Notes: a model not told the origin generated them from the letters alone. A stretch of 64,000 nucleotides of DNA from Eledone cirrhosa (GCA_964016885.1 OZ024745.1:2356001-2420000); one strand, 5' to 3'; numbered from the stretch's first letter, positions 42,963 to 56,397 are shown. Translations and numbers: made by a program.

Positions 42963-43296
42963 GTACGTATGGGTTATATCGAACATTAATAAAATTCGAA
43001 TTTTATGTTTGATATTCAGCAAGGCCAGCCGTAACTCGACGGTAAGCAAATTAGACTACTCAACCGATGTGTACTTAAGAAAATACTATATATTTGGGAC
43101 CGTTCAACACATTGGCAGAGAGGTATACAGTCCTGATGAGAGTTAATGATCCAGAAACATGTTGATTGTTCCTCAAAGCCAGTGTTGAACAAACAGATGA
43201 TGACTGGTCACCGGAGACAGCACAGCTTCAAATCGGGCCGTTTATTTACAAACAAATCGAACATTATTATTATTGTTCGATATAACCCATACGTAC
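42963..43296 (+). mobile_element. pLTR-like element (family H) with 23-bp terminal inverted arms
   Basis: GTACGTATGGGTTATATCGAACA (42963-42985) and its reverse complement (43274-43296), with a hammerhead inside. Confidence 0.75.
43102..43190 (+). ncRNA. Type I hammerhead motif (weak stem II)
   Basis: CAGTC-CTGATGA-GAGTTAATGATCCA-GAAA-CATG-TT-GATTG, with outer pairing GTTCAACAC..TGGC..GAGG / CCTC..GCCAGTGTTGAAC. Confidence 0.7.
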
Positions 43297-43313
43297 ATAT
43301 GTATATATATATA

Positions 43314-43349
<36 letters not shown>

Positions 43350-43434
43350 CACACAAAAATATGTATGTATGTATATATATATATATATATATACAGATAT
43401 GTATGTATGTATATATATATATATATATATACAG

Positions 43435-43567
<133 letters not shown>

Positions 43568-43599
43568 TATGTATGTACGTATATATATATTATATATAG

Positions 43600-43780
43600 A
43601 AGTGGTTACACAACAGTTAGTTCACCATACCGAGAACAATTGTTTCACCTTAGCGGATCCTCCATTACGAGCTGAAGATCCGCTAAGGTGAAACAATTGT
43701 TCTCGGTATGGTGAACTAACTGTTATGTAACCACTTATACCAAACTCTTCCACTACGGATATTACCTTCCAGTGTTCTAC

Positions 43781-43783
<3 letters not shown>
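43600..43783 (+). mobile_element. Fold-back pLTR-like element (family I)
   Basis: Arms 43600-43659 and 43677-43736, ~47-bp extension, (TA)n flanks. Confidence 0.85.
43668..43705 (+). ncRNA. Minimal type I hammerhead motif
   Basis: CGAG-CTGAAGA-TCC GCTAA GGT-GAAA-CAATTG-TT-CTCG, with a palindromic stem III (AACAATTGTT). Confidence 0.75.
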
Positions 43784-43823
<40 letters not shown>

Positions 43824-44029
43824 CTTTTATCCTTTTATGTTGTTTATTTGTCTCACTCGCTTTATGCGATTTACTTGTCCCAATACTTTTTTTTAGTTAT
43901 TGCTCGCACCAACCTGAGGTATATGATTTTTAATGCGATGAAATATCAATGATGGTTGGCAAATCACTGACGAGGGACTAATTTTATCATATGTAACCCA
44001 TGTGCAACCACGCAGTATTCTTTCTTCTC

Positions 44030-44073
<44 letters not shown>

Positions 44074-44319
44074 GATATGTATGTATATATATATATATAA
44101 CGTACGTATATATATGCACGTATGCATACTTACATTTATGTATCAGCTGTGCTAGAACTAGAAATAAAATTCTTATTTCATGTAAGAATAGATATATAGA
44201 TATATAAATATATAGATATATAGATATTTACATGTAACAGGCGATATTCCCATAAATGTATTACGCATAAATAAATGTAGATAGATGTGTGGGTGTGTGT
44301 GTGTGTCCACCAATACTTA

Positions 44320-44445
<126 letters not shown>

Positions 44446-44668
44446 ATTTACAATTGTATAAATAACATTACAAATGGGAAGGAGGTAAAGAAGGGCAGAT
44501 CTGGCTGTATGGGGAAAGTAGAGGAAAGGACTATAAAAGCCATAAATGAGAGGAAAAGGAGGGAAAAACAGGGATTCTAGGACCACAGAAGAAAAGGGGA
44601 CAAGGTTTAGGGCGCGGCAGTGTCGGGGTTGCGGACGAAACTGCAAAAGTATTTTCGCGGACAATGTC

Positions 44669-46049
44669 CAGCGAAACCACACAGCGATACTTTACAGCGA
44701 CACCACACAGCGATACCACACAGCGACACCATACAGCGACACCACACAGCGACACCATACAGCGACACCACACAGCGACACTATACAGCGACATCATACA
44801 GCGACACCATACAGCGACACCACACAGCGACACCATACAGCGACACCACACAGCGACACTATACAGCGACATCATACAGCGACACTATACAGCGACACCA
44901 TACAGCGACACCATACAGCGACACCACACAGCGACACCATACAGCGACACCACACAGCGACACTATACAGCGACATCATACAGCGACACCATACAGCGAC
45001 ACCACACAGCGACACTATACAGCAACATCATACAGCGACACCACACAGCGACACCATACAGCGACACCACACAGCGACACCATACAGCGACACCACACAG
45101 CGACACTATACAGCGACACCATACAGCGACACCATACAGCGACACCACACAGCGACACTATACAGCGACATCATACAGCGACACCACACAGCGACACCAT
45201 ACAGCGACATCATACAGCGACACCATACAGCGACACCACACAGCGATACCACACAGCGACACCACAGAGCGACACTTTACAGAGACACTATACAGCGATA
45301 ATACACAGCGACACTCTACAGCGACACTCTACAGCGACACCTCACAGCGACACCTCACAGCGACACTATACAGCGACACCATACAGCGACACCATACAGC
45401 GACACTATACAGGGACACCACACAGCGACACCTCACAGCGACACCATACAGCGACACTATACAAGGACACTATACAGCGACACTCTACAGCGACACTATA
45501 CAGCGACACCATACAGCGACACTATACAGCGACACCATACAGCGACACTATACAGCGACACTATACAGGGACACTATACAGCGACACTATACAGCGAGAC
45601 CACACAGCAACACTATACAGCAACACTATACAGCGACACCTCACAGCGACACCATACAGCGACACCACACAGCGACACCACACAGCGACACCATACAGCG
45701 ACAGCTCACAGCGACACCTCACAGCGACACTATACAGCGACACCATACAACAACACTATACAGCGACACCATACAGCGACACCATACAGCGACACCACAC
45801 AGCGACACTATACAGCGACACTATACAGTGACACTATACAGCGACACCTCACAGCGACACCTCACAGCGACACCACACAGCGACACCATACAGCGACACC
45901 ATACAGCGACACTATACAGCGACACTATACAGCGACACCTCACAGCGACACCTCACAGCGACACCTCACAGCGACACTATACAGCGACACCTCACAGCGA
46001 CACCTCACAGCGACACTATACAGCGACACCATACAGCGACACCATACAG
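44669..46049. repeat. 13-bp minisatellite, ~105 copies
   Basis: Unit ACAGCGACAC(C/T)A(T/C). It produces the TATPYSDTIQRHH-type ORFs in all + frames. Confidence 0.97.
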
Positions 46050-46412
46050 ATGGCTTGGACGCTGCGGGCTTCCCTTGCCAGCTCGAGCCGGTGGGGCTGG
46101 ATAGAGGGGACGGCAAACGGCCAGAAGGCATGACCATCTTCCCGTTCCGCGGTGGCAAACCCCTCAAATACCGGTCGCTCTCCGACAGGTTTGCGGCAGT
46201 GGAGACTTCTGGTGTCCTCGGCCCCAGGGCTACCTCCTTCCTCACTACCATAGGCGCTGAGCTGGCCAGCCGCAGGTGTGAGCCCCGCGAGTTGGAGCGG
46301 CTTTTCCAGCGCGTCTCCCTTGCCGTCTTCCGAGGAAACGCCTTCTCCATTCTGTCCGCCGGGGCTGTGGGTTGACCCCATCGCGTACCATTGTAGTTGT
46401 TGTATACAGATA
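46050..46412 (+). mobile_element. CRE-like RLE retrotransposon 3' fragment with an internal deletion
   Basis: LEPVGLDRGDGKRPEGMTIFPF..GKPL | KYRSL..AVETSGVLG..LFQRVSLAVFRGNA resembles CRE-clade RLE C-termini. The segment normally between GxxL and KY (WD..AExxK) is missing. Confidence 0.75.
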
Positions 46413-47010
46413 TTAACTCATCAATCCCATTGTCCTAATCCAAAAGTTCTTATTTATATTCTCTTTCACATTATGTACATGGATGTCTTCCACATTGCTG
46501 TAGCTTTTAATGTGTTTATTATCGGGGCTATCTTTTCTACGGATTGCATTGTACAGTGTTTTGGCCACTACATCATGCTTCATAGGTAGATAGTACCGCG
46601 ATGACATCTTTGGACAGCTGCTGATGACATGGGTGACATCTTCGATGTTAGTTCTGCAGAGTCTGCACTTGTTATCACATCTAGGTGTTTTGCCTGCATC
46701 CCTATCTCTTTTGTGAATCAGGTATTTCGTGCTAATCTCCTGTTCCTGGATTGCAAAAGCGTATCCTTCAAAGTGGGAGCCAATATAGCGGTTGTTGGTC
46801 CAAGATAGACTACTTTCCTTATCTGTATTACTCTCACTCTGGAGTTTCCTGGCAACATATCCATGCATGAATTTTTGCTGATAAGCATGCAGTTTTTCAT
46901 CCATGGATTCACTGCGATACTGTTGAGCGACATCCCTGGAGGTGAGTTTTTGATTATCACACAGGGAATATCTCTCGAGGAGTTCCTTCCCAACTCTCAT
47001 GATCTTATTA
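46413..47010 (-). mobile_element. R4/Dong-like RLE retrotransposon internal fragment
   Basis: SHFEGYAFAIQEQEISTKY..CRLC..EDVTHVISSCPKMSSRYYLPMKHD, clearly homologous to 32046-32460. Its 5' junction abuts CATACATACA. Confidence 0.85.
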
Positions 47011-47020
47011 TGTATGTATG

Positions 47021-47134
47021 TTCTTCTGGTTTTATAAAATCACAAATGTTTTACTAATAGAGAGAGAGTCGGTTTCTAACATAGACACAAGACTCTCTCA
47101 TTGGAATTTACACAACATCAACTAGGTAGATATG
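47021..47134 (-). repeat. Short repeat, probably a retroelement 3' end followed by (CATA)n; second copy at 48277-48390
   Basis: Two near-identical ~114-bp copies, each ending (minus strand) in AAACCAGAAGAA-CATACATACA. Internal hairpin GAGAGAGTC..GACTCTCTC. Confidence 0.75.
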
Positions 47135-47384
47135 TCCGCATGCATGTATATGTGTGCAGGTATGGATGTTATTGTATGTGTGGATGTGGATGTTTTGAGT
47201 TGCATGTGTACATGTGCATACGCTTTGTATCTGTACATGTGTATATGCAGTTATTAGATGCAAAATGTGTATGTATGTATAAAAGTGTGTAAATATGTAT
47301 ATACACATGTACATATGTATGTATATGTATATGTGTATATACATTGGTGTATGCGTATGTATGCGCGGGGACATAGAAATAGTC

Positions 47385-48261
47385 GGGCTGGACACCCAAT
47401 CGCGCAGTTAAACCACTGGGAGTGAAGGACCCCTATCCCTTGTCAGGGCGTTCTTCTAGGAGAAGGCAACTCAGGAAACTGAGATAACTCTGATATAAAA
47501 CCTGCGGCTCAGTAGTTACCGATGATGTTGATCTTTTCTTCTTATCAGGTTATGGCTACTGTCGTTCAAAGAGTGGGATTGGCTCAGTGCACAGTCTTTC
47601 CTCACTTTAAAAAATATCTTGACGCACAGACATTGCATGGTAGAATTAATTAATAATTATTAATAATGGTATATCGTGCAATGGCCCTACTCTATAACGA
47701 GGGGGTAGCCATCATGTATGTATGTATGTATGTACATGTGTATGTCAGGTCGCTCTCGAGTTCTACTGGTAACATGTAACCCAGTACAACCTGTCTCATG
47801 GTCAGGGCGTCGGTGACTAAACGGGCAACCCCACCAAGCTTGCTCGGTGAGGAGGGTGATATTTGGACCCCCTGCAGGATGAAATACAAGACCCGGCAAA
47901 GGGCGGAGGAACTCAGCAGAGTCAACGGCCATCCAAATAGTATTTTTTTTTTCACCTGGGAGTGAAAGCCCCCTAGTTGTCAAACCCCTTTCTAGGAGAG
48001 GGAAACTCTGAAAAAAAAAACCTGTGGCTTCGGAAGCATCCGATGATGTTGACCAGTTTTCCTTTTCAGGGAGTGTTTTCGATGCTCAGAAAGTGGGATT
48101 GGTCGAGTGCAAGGCTTTCGCTGCTTACAAAAAACCTTCAAAGCCAGGCATTGTTTGTTCAGGTTGTGTTACAGGTTCGTGTGGCTGTCCGTAGCCTAAA
48201 AGTGCACCAGTTTCGATAATCTGACAAGCGATTGTAATACTCTTAGCAGTTTGCAGCCACC
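47385..48261 (+). mobile_element. Two related non-coding retroposon-like units (47385-47713 and 47745-48261), each ending GCCA(T/C)C-(ATGT)n
   Basis: Shared CTGGGAGTGAA..TTCTAGGAGA(A/G)GG.AACTC..CCGATGATGTTGA..AGTGGGATTGG blocks. They resemble RTE-type UTR-derived non-autonomous elements (from memory, unverified). Confidence 0.5.
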
Positions 48262-49129
48262 ATGTATGTATGTATGTTCTTCTGGTTTTATAATTTCACA
48301 AAGTTTTACCAATAGAGAGAGAGTCGGTTTCTAACATAGACACAAGACTCTCTCATTGGAATTTAAACAACATCAACTAGGTAGATATGTATGTATGTCA
48401 GCATGCATGTGTGTCTGAATGCATATATTGTTGTTGTATGTGTTTGTTTCTTTCCCGCCTTTATTTGTCCCTTGCTCAGATGTAACTTACATTGCTGTAA
48501 AGTCCAACTTTAGGCCATTTTTTAATAAAAAAAAGATATATAGAGAATTTTCCAGAAAATATATCAGCCACGTGGTGTCGGTGTGTGGCTTATGTTATAG
48601 AACCTTGTAGTTAATGTATCTTTTATCATATAATGAATGGTATGACAGAAAGTCTTTGATGTTCTTACCCAAACTTTACTCTTAATAACATCACGTCAAA
48701 AACTATTGTCATAGAAACTACTTTCAAACTTGAAGTTATCTAGTTTTACAAAACACCAGAGAAATCATAGAAATGGTGAAGTTAAATGACATTTTGGGTC
48801 GCCAACAATTCAATGTACAATTCTTGATTGGAGAAAAGCAAATGGAAAAAAGCTGTGGATACATTGGAACTAACGAGAAGTGGCTCCAGGTAGGAGAAAA
48901 ATTAGCAAGATGAATAATGGAAAAGAAGAAATCGTGTCAACAAAAATGTTAGTTGGTGAAACTAGAAAAATTACACTCGACAATGGAATTAGTGACTTAA
49001 ATGAAATAATCAATTCCAGCCATGATCATCGGGGTTTTTTGAGGATTTTAATTCATCTTGTATTATATTATCTAATGTCTTCTTCCCTTTTATGGAGTGC
49101 GATATGGGAAGAGCTGACTGTTATTTCTA

Positions 49130-49397
49130 GCAAGTCAATAAACTGCCTGGTATTTATCCTCGGTTTCTTTGGCGTTAAGCGACTGAGAGTACAAGACCCT
49201 CCCTGGATAGGATGCTGGTCTATCTCAGAATTAACTCCCCAACTACTGTTGGTACTCACTCTCAGTTGAGTGTACTGTAACAACTGGTAAATACAGTGTT
49301 TTGCTCAAGAACACAGCACAGCAACCAGCCTGTCTAGGCAGGAATCGAACCAACGACATTATGATCCAACGTCAAACATCCTAACCATTAACTACGT
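49130..49397 (-). mobile_element. tRNA-derived SINE (V-domain-like); homologue at 54712-54965 (+)
   Basis: Minus strand has a GGTTCGATTCC B box, TCTTGAGCAAAACACT and a GACCAGCATCCTATCCAGGG motif. Confidence 0.75.
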
Positions 49398-50060
49398 TAA
49401 GACAACTTCTTCGGCTTGTAAGAAATATGTTTTTATAACATGCAAACACTCATTATTGATTGCATATATAAACTTACATCTGTGAATCAAACATACCTTT
49501 CGCTATATACAATTATCCTATTTAATGATTTTTGAAAATGTCTATTTTGATAATACTAACTTCTATATTCGGTATCACACACATGTGTATAACTCTGTCT
49601 CAGTAATAATGCCACCGTTTCTTTTCATTTTATCTGCAGATTTTTATGGGGAATGTATTAGGTTTAATATGTTTTCTATAATTATGTTTCTTAAAATGAG
49701 AGACATCAATTTGATCTATTATTTCTAGTTTCTTTTGATTCTCCTATATAAGGTAAACGAATATTGTATATATATATATGTCTGTGTGTGTGTACAGAGA
49801 GAGAGAGATATATGAATACATATATAAGCATATATACATATATATATATATACACACACACAAACACAAACACGCATATATATGTATTGTGTGTGTGTGC
49901 TTAACAGTAGGACAGAAAATCCTTATAATATCTACACTTTATATTTCTTAAGTATACTAAATTGAATAATAGTGTTACTGGGCTTAGCTAGTATCATCTC
50001 ACACATCTATATATGTACCATGATATTAATTAATGGAAACTATATTTATAAAACCATATT

Positions 50061-50125
50061 TATTTTATTATATATATTTCAAGGGCGACCAAGCCAATCT
50101 TGGTGCGCTTTCATCAGATAAAATA
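50061..50125 (-). ncRNA. Type I hammerhead ribozyme in the PLE 3' repeat
   Basis: Minus strand: TATTTTAT-CTGATGA-AAG CGC ACCAAG ATTGG CTTGGT CGCC CTT-GAAA-TATATA-TA-ATAAAATA. Confidence 0.85.
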
Positions 50126-51339
50126 CAAAATTTGTTTTCTAAATAACGACATACCCATGGAAATCAACCTTAACGGTCGGAAATTCGCTGGATAGTGGAA
50201 ACTTATTAGGGGTAATTCAAAGTTATGTGTGAATATGCAAATGAATGTATGAAAAATTGAAAAAACAACCGTTTATTTAAATTACGCTGGGGAGAGATAG
50301 GGAAGAAAGAGAAGAAAGAGAGAGAGAAAAAAATTACTGTTATGAGATAGATAGAGAAATAGAGAGAAGAAAGAAATTTATCAGAGGATGAACTCATGTA
50401 ACGTAAATAAGTCTTAAGTTTATATTAATGTTACGTATATTTACTAATTATTGTTAGAATTCTAATATAATACAATATAATATTTACTATTATATGTATA
50501 TAGAAAAATAGATATATAGAAAAAATAAATATATATAAAAATATATTGAAAAATAAATTGAAAATAAATAGATATAAAGTAGAAAATAGGAGAATCAATA
50601 GGTAGAAATATATGAATAGAAAAATAGATATATGAGTGGATAAATGGGTATATCATGTTATAGATAATTGTTTTAATAAGTTATGAGGGATACTGGTTTA
50701 TATTTAGTGTAAGTAATTAAATTAACTGAGTTAATAAGAATATTTATATATTTTTAATGTTTTAAATTGGGAAGATACTGAAAATCCCAGTTTTGTTTAT
50801 TTATTAGTTAGTATGAGACCATTTTGACGAAGATATAAATGTTGAAAGATATATTTAGCAAGAATTAGTTATTGGTTATAACTCTAATATTAAAAAAAAA
50901 ACTCTTATATTTAAAAAAATATTAAAAATATTAAAAAATATTTTAAAATATTAAAAAATATTTAAAATATTAAAAGTTCTGGAAAAAATTCTGGAAAAAA
51001 TAAAAAAAATAAATTTTTTTTAATCTCAGAAGATACTCAAAAAAAACCTTTTAAAAATAAAAATACTTAAACTATTCAAAATGTTTAAAAATATTTAAAA
51101 ATATTTAAACATTTTTTTAATCTTTAAAAAATTATTATTTTAAGAAATAAGTAATTTTTAAAATTAAGTAATTTTTAAATATATGAGATATTTTAGAAGT
51201 AAAAATAAAAAAATGAAAGATTTAAAAAGTAAAAAATATTAAAATTATAAAAATTTATGACCATATATGTATATAATTTAAGAAATTTTAATAAGTGAAA
51301 TTATAGGCATTGGAATATAGCAAACAATTATAAGTGTAA

Positions 51340-52872
51340 TTATATTTTATATATAGTTCTAAACGTTGAATTTAGGCGATGTTTACAAGAGCTAAATAAA
51401 TTCATACGTATATTAATAGAGTTCTTACATTTAAGTATGAAGAAAATTTCCTCAACACACAATTTGCAACATCTAGATAAAGCTGTGTTTTCGTAGGCAG
51501 GTGCTTTGAAATTATATCCCAAGTTAAAGAATAGTCTGTATTTTTAGATTTTAAGTTCCATATCAGGTTTGATAGAGAAGTTGAAGATTTTTTACCAATA
51601 TTATTAAACGAGCATTTGTGATTATTGAAACGAGTTTTGAAGTCTGTAGAAGTTGAACCTACATAGTTAAATATATTATCATTGGTTTTGACTGTACATT
51701 TATAGACCACATCTTTATCTAAGCACTTATTTTTTAAAGGACAGTTTGATTTAATTCTACAATTACATTTAGCAGAGTTGATGTTATTCGGAATGGTATT
51801 ATTATGTTGGATATTGCTAAAGGTATTACTGCTATTTTGGTTATGGTTTAGATTTCTATTATTGATTCTATTTATATTTTGTGCTAAGTTCATAGTAGTA
51901 GAGTAAGATAGTTAGTTTTATTGTATGTCTGTTAAAGATTGAGTGGTATCTATGGGCTTTGGGAAAACATTTATCTAGAGCTTTAAAAAATAGTTTAGCT
52001 AAAGGTGTTTTAACACTTAGTGAAAATGGAGGTGCATACCAAATTATATTTCTAGTTCTATTTCTTCTGTTAGTTTTAGAGTTTATGCTAGGTTTCTTAT
52101 TGTAATTATAATTAATATTATGGATATTTGCCTTATCACTATTGTCGATGTATTTAATCTTATTTATATAGCCTGCTCTAATTAAAGCTTCATTATAATA
52201 TTCTGCCTTAACGTCAAATGTGTTTTTATTCGCAGAGATTCGAGAAATACGTTGTTGTACAGAATTTACAATAGTGTTCTTAATAGATCTAGGATGATTA
52301 GAGTTGAAGCTTACATAGTTTAAGTTCTCATTAATTTTATGGAATGGATAGTAGATCCCTGTATTAAGATTTAATGTTACGTCTAAAAAGTTAACAATTT
52401 TATAGTTATTCTCTATTTCCAACTTAAGGTTGTAGCTATTAAAAAATTGTATTATTGATTTTCTTTTTCTATTAATTTCACGATTACTATTATTTTCAAT
52501 TAAAAGCAGCATATCATCACGATATAAACCACCAGTCATCTCCGGTAGTTTTCTATGTAGTGTATTATTAATAAATAGCCCCACAAGATCCGTTATCTGC
52601 GCCGAGTCCGATGACCCCATGGTGATATCGAAATTATTTTTTCTATCCGCTCTAGTCCAAAGATGGTTGTTGAATTTAATTAAGGTTTTCCGTGCAGTTG
52701 AAATGATATGCATTTCTTCACTAGATAAATCAGTATATTTAGATGCATAGATAAGGGCTTTATTAAGTAAATTAGGAGTAATGGAGGAGTAGTAGTTTGC
52801 TATATCCAATTGAATGAATTTTTTGTTATGTTTAAATTTTATGTTATTGAACCAATCTATAACTTCGTTAGT

Positions 52873-52876
<4 letters not shown>
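51340..52876 (-). pseudogene. PLE reverse transcriptase and GIY-YIG endonuclease (two frameshifts)
   Basis: LDIANYYSSI, TMGSSDSAQITDLVG, LYRDD, FLDVTLNL, IIWYAPPFS, CNCRIKSNCPL..C..VVYKC..YVGST..FKTRFNNH, CKLCVEE. Frameshifts near 51895 and 51510. Confidence 0.9.
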
Positions 52877-52936
<60 letters not shown>

Positions 52937-52979
52937 ACTAACGAAGTTATAGATTGGTTCAATAACATATGTATATATA

Positions 52980-53492
52980 TAGTTTTTAAAATGCCAAAAT
53001 GCCGCATTAGCTAATACAACATCCTTGTCTGAAATAATTAATAATTATAGAAAAAAGAATATCGATTAGAACAAACAACCAACCAGTAACATGTAAATAA
53101 ACAAATAAATAAACAAATATAAACACACACAGACACCCGGATGTAACACATGCGCAAACTAAGCACACAACACACACAAAAACAAGATGGCATAGGACAG
53201 AACAAAGGAGAGGCACAAAAACAAAGAAAAGAATCCCCAGTCACTGAAGAGGTCACAGAATGTGTGACGAAAAACTTTGACAATATATAAACAATCATCT
53301 GGTTGTGGAACCAACCAACCAACCGGAAATTTATAAATTCCTAAATTTATAAATTTATTATAATAAATTGAAGTGAAAGCAACTGGTGCGTGTGTTTCTT
53401 ATTGGCAACATGACCCTCCCAAAGTATAACAATATCGGTTTCAACACACCTTTTCAGATAAAGAATCTTGCTAAACAAATTCAGAAACGAAA
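52980..53492 (+). mobile_element. pLTR-like element (family J) with a decayed hammerhead; partial fold-back homologue at 62068-62166
   Basis: GTCA-CTGAAGA-G GTCACA GAATG TGTGAC-GAAA-AAC-TT-TGAC at 53240-53281. Its 3' end (CATGACCCTCCCAAAGTATAACAATAT...TTCAGAAACGAAA) is shared with the 62.1-kb copy. Confidence 0.65.
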
Positions 53493-53503
53493 TATATATA
53501 TAT

Positions 53504-53608
<105 letters not shown>

Positions 53609-53630
53609 TATGAAAATATATATAAACTTA

Positions 53631-54587
<957 letters not shown>

Positions 54588-54711
54588 TATATTATACTTT
54601 CGTATACAATAAACATATAGGTAGCCTCGCTATAATGGCTACTGATACAATACCATAAAGCTAGGATTCATATTTATTACTTGAAGTATTATTCCTGGCT
54701 AGTTCCAATAT

Positions 54712-54965
54712 TTGGGGGTTGGTCATGGTGTTGGACTTAGGATCATAACGTCGTGGGTTCCATTCCTGGACTAGGTTGTGAGTTGTCTTCTTGAGCAAAA
54801 CACTTTATTTCACGTTGTTCCAGTATACTCAACTAAAACTGAATACAAGCAATTGTTGGGAGATGGGGTTAACTCTGCGATGGACTAGCATCCTGTCCGG
54901 GGTGGAGTGGAATCTTGTACTCTCGGTCGCTTAACGTCAAGGAAACTGGGATAAGTACCGGCCTC
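54712..54965 (+). mobile_element. tRNA-derived SINE (V-domain-like)
   Basis: GGGTTCCATTCC B-box-like motif, CTTGAGCAAAACACTTTA, CTGCGATGGACTAGCATCCTGTCCGGGG. Confidence 0.75.
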
Positions 54966-55328
54966 CGGTCATGAGACAAAATTTAGATTAATTTTCAGTT
55001 TATTAACTATTTCAAATTAATTAAAGCTACTATCGCTTTCAATTAGCTAGATAACATTTACACAATAGAAGTATACCGAATGTTATATGGAGTACAGTGG
55101 AACACTGGTCATCAATTGGGAAAACACTTCTTACATGAAAGACGTCCTACCAACAACTAGGGGTCACTCCCAGTGGGATAACCACGCGTTCCAGCATATA
55201 TATATGTGTGTCTGTGTGTGTGTTTGGGTACATACATATAACAAATATGATTGCACATTTATGTATATATGTATGTATGTGTGTGTGTATATATATATAT
55301 AGGTATGTATATATATATATGTATATAT

Positions 55329-55362
<34 letters not shown>

Positions 55363-55452
55363 AGGTATGTATTTATATCTAGGTATGTATATATCTAGAT
55401 ATATATATCTAGATATATATATAGGTATGTATGTATGTATATATGTATGTAT

Positions 55453-55506
<54 letters not shown>

Positions 55507-55564
55507 TAGGTAATTCCGAAGGAAAAGCAAAGGAAAAAAGAGTTCTCTATGTTATATAACATAT

Positions 55565-55660
55565 CTTTCTGACGACCGATCCAGACGTATATTAATATTT
55601 TCTGGGATCCAGAAACCTTTGGTAATGGAGTACTTCTATTTTGTGTTGTTCACTTTCTAA
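55565..55660 (+). mobile_element. Decayed hammerhead-bearing pLTR fragment; inverted partial copy at 56039-56070
   Basis: CTGACGA-..GATCCAGA..TCTGGGATC..-GAAA-CCTTTGG-TA-ATGG, with stem I broken. Confidence 0.55.
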
Positions 55661-55671
55661 TTATATATATA

Positions 55672-55963
55672 TAAGAAAAAGAGATGAAATCGAAAATGCA
55701 ACTGAAATCTTATTTTTTTTTTAAATATATATATTTATTTGGTTCCTTTACCGGTTTCACAGTTCTTCTGCTTTTCAAAAGGTGAGTTGAGATGGAGGGT
55801 CTGTGGTTTTTCTCATAGAGATGTGAGAAAAACCACAGACCCTCCATCTCAACTCACCTTTTGAAAAGCAGAAGAACTGTGAAACCGGTAAAGGAACCAA
55901 ATAAATATATATATTTTTAAAAAAAATAAGACTTCAGTTGCATTTTCGATTTCATCTCTTTTT

Positions 55964-55968
<5 letters not shown>
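55672..55968. mobile_element. Family B palindromic element (no extension)
   Basis: Arms fold back at TTTTCTCA-TAGAGATG-TGAGAAAA (~55820), essentially the same point as the 39.8- and 42.4-kb copies. Confidence 0.9.
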
Positions 55969-56029
<61 letters not shown>

Positions 56030-56195
56030 AGATGAAACTACTCCATTACCAAAGGTTTCTGGATCCCAGACAATATATATATATATTTTAATTATTTTAA
56101 TTATTTTAATTATTTTTCTCCCCATAACGGCATTCCTGTCTTAACGACATCACAACTTTCTCCGCTTGGCCTGTTTTCCCCCCTTTTGGAACTTT

Positions 56196-56231
56196 TCCCC
56201 CGTTGATGGGCGTGAGCCCGAAATATTGGGA
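56196..56231 (+). ncRNA. Non-canonical hammerhead-like motif in the pLTR (identical copy at 59626-59661)
   Basis: TCCC-CCGTTGA-T-GGGC GTGA GCCC-GAAA-TA-TT-GGGA. The topology is kept, but the core has U4C and A6U. Confidence 0.5.
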
Positions 56232-56397
56232 TTAAATCTCTACTACGGTAACCCTTCTACCTTTGTTTTGTTTTCATCTTTGTCTCTCTCAATTTTCACT
56301 TTCACCTGTTTTTCCTATCTATATTTCACTTCCTACCTCGAGATTTCTCTTTGCATTGTTGTGGCTTTCTTAAATACGTATTTTTACACATTTCACA

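Larger units (their letters stand above)
50011..52876 (-). mobile_element. 5'-truncated Penelope-like element (Naiad-like), with a long AT-rich 3' region ending in a hammerhead-bearing pLTR
   Basis: RT and GIY-YIG coding at 52876-51340; T-rich UTR; hammerhead at 50061-50125. The 3' boundary is approximate. Confidence 0.85.

Noticed and set aside
47748-47830. HDV-like ribozyme at the 5' end of the retroposon-like unit (GGTCGCT/GGTGACT pairing; CCTGT/ACGGG after CTAA)
   Set aside because: The order and spacing cannot accommodate P3, L3, P1.1 and P4.
48750-49020. Very degenerate RTE-like C-terminal coding remnant / ORF 48880-49269
   Set aside because: Motifs are too eroded to support a call, and the ORF runs into a SINE.
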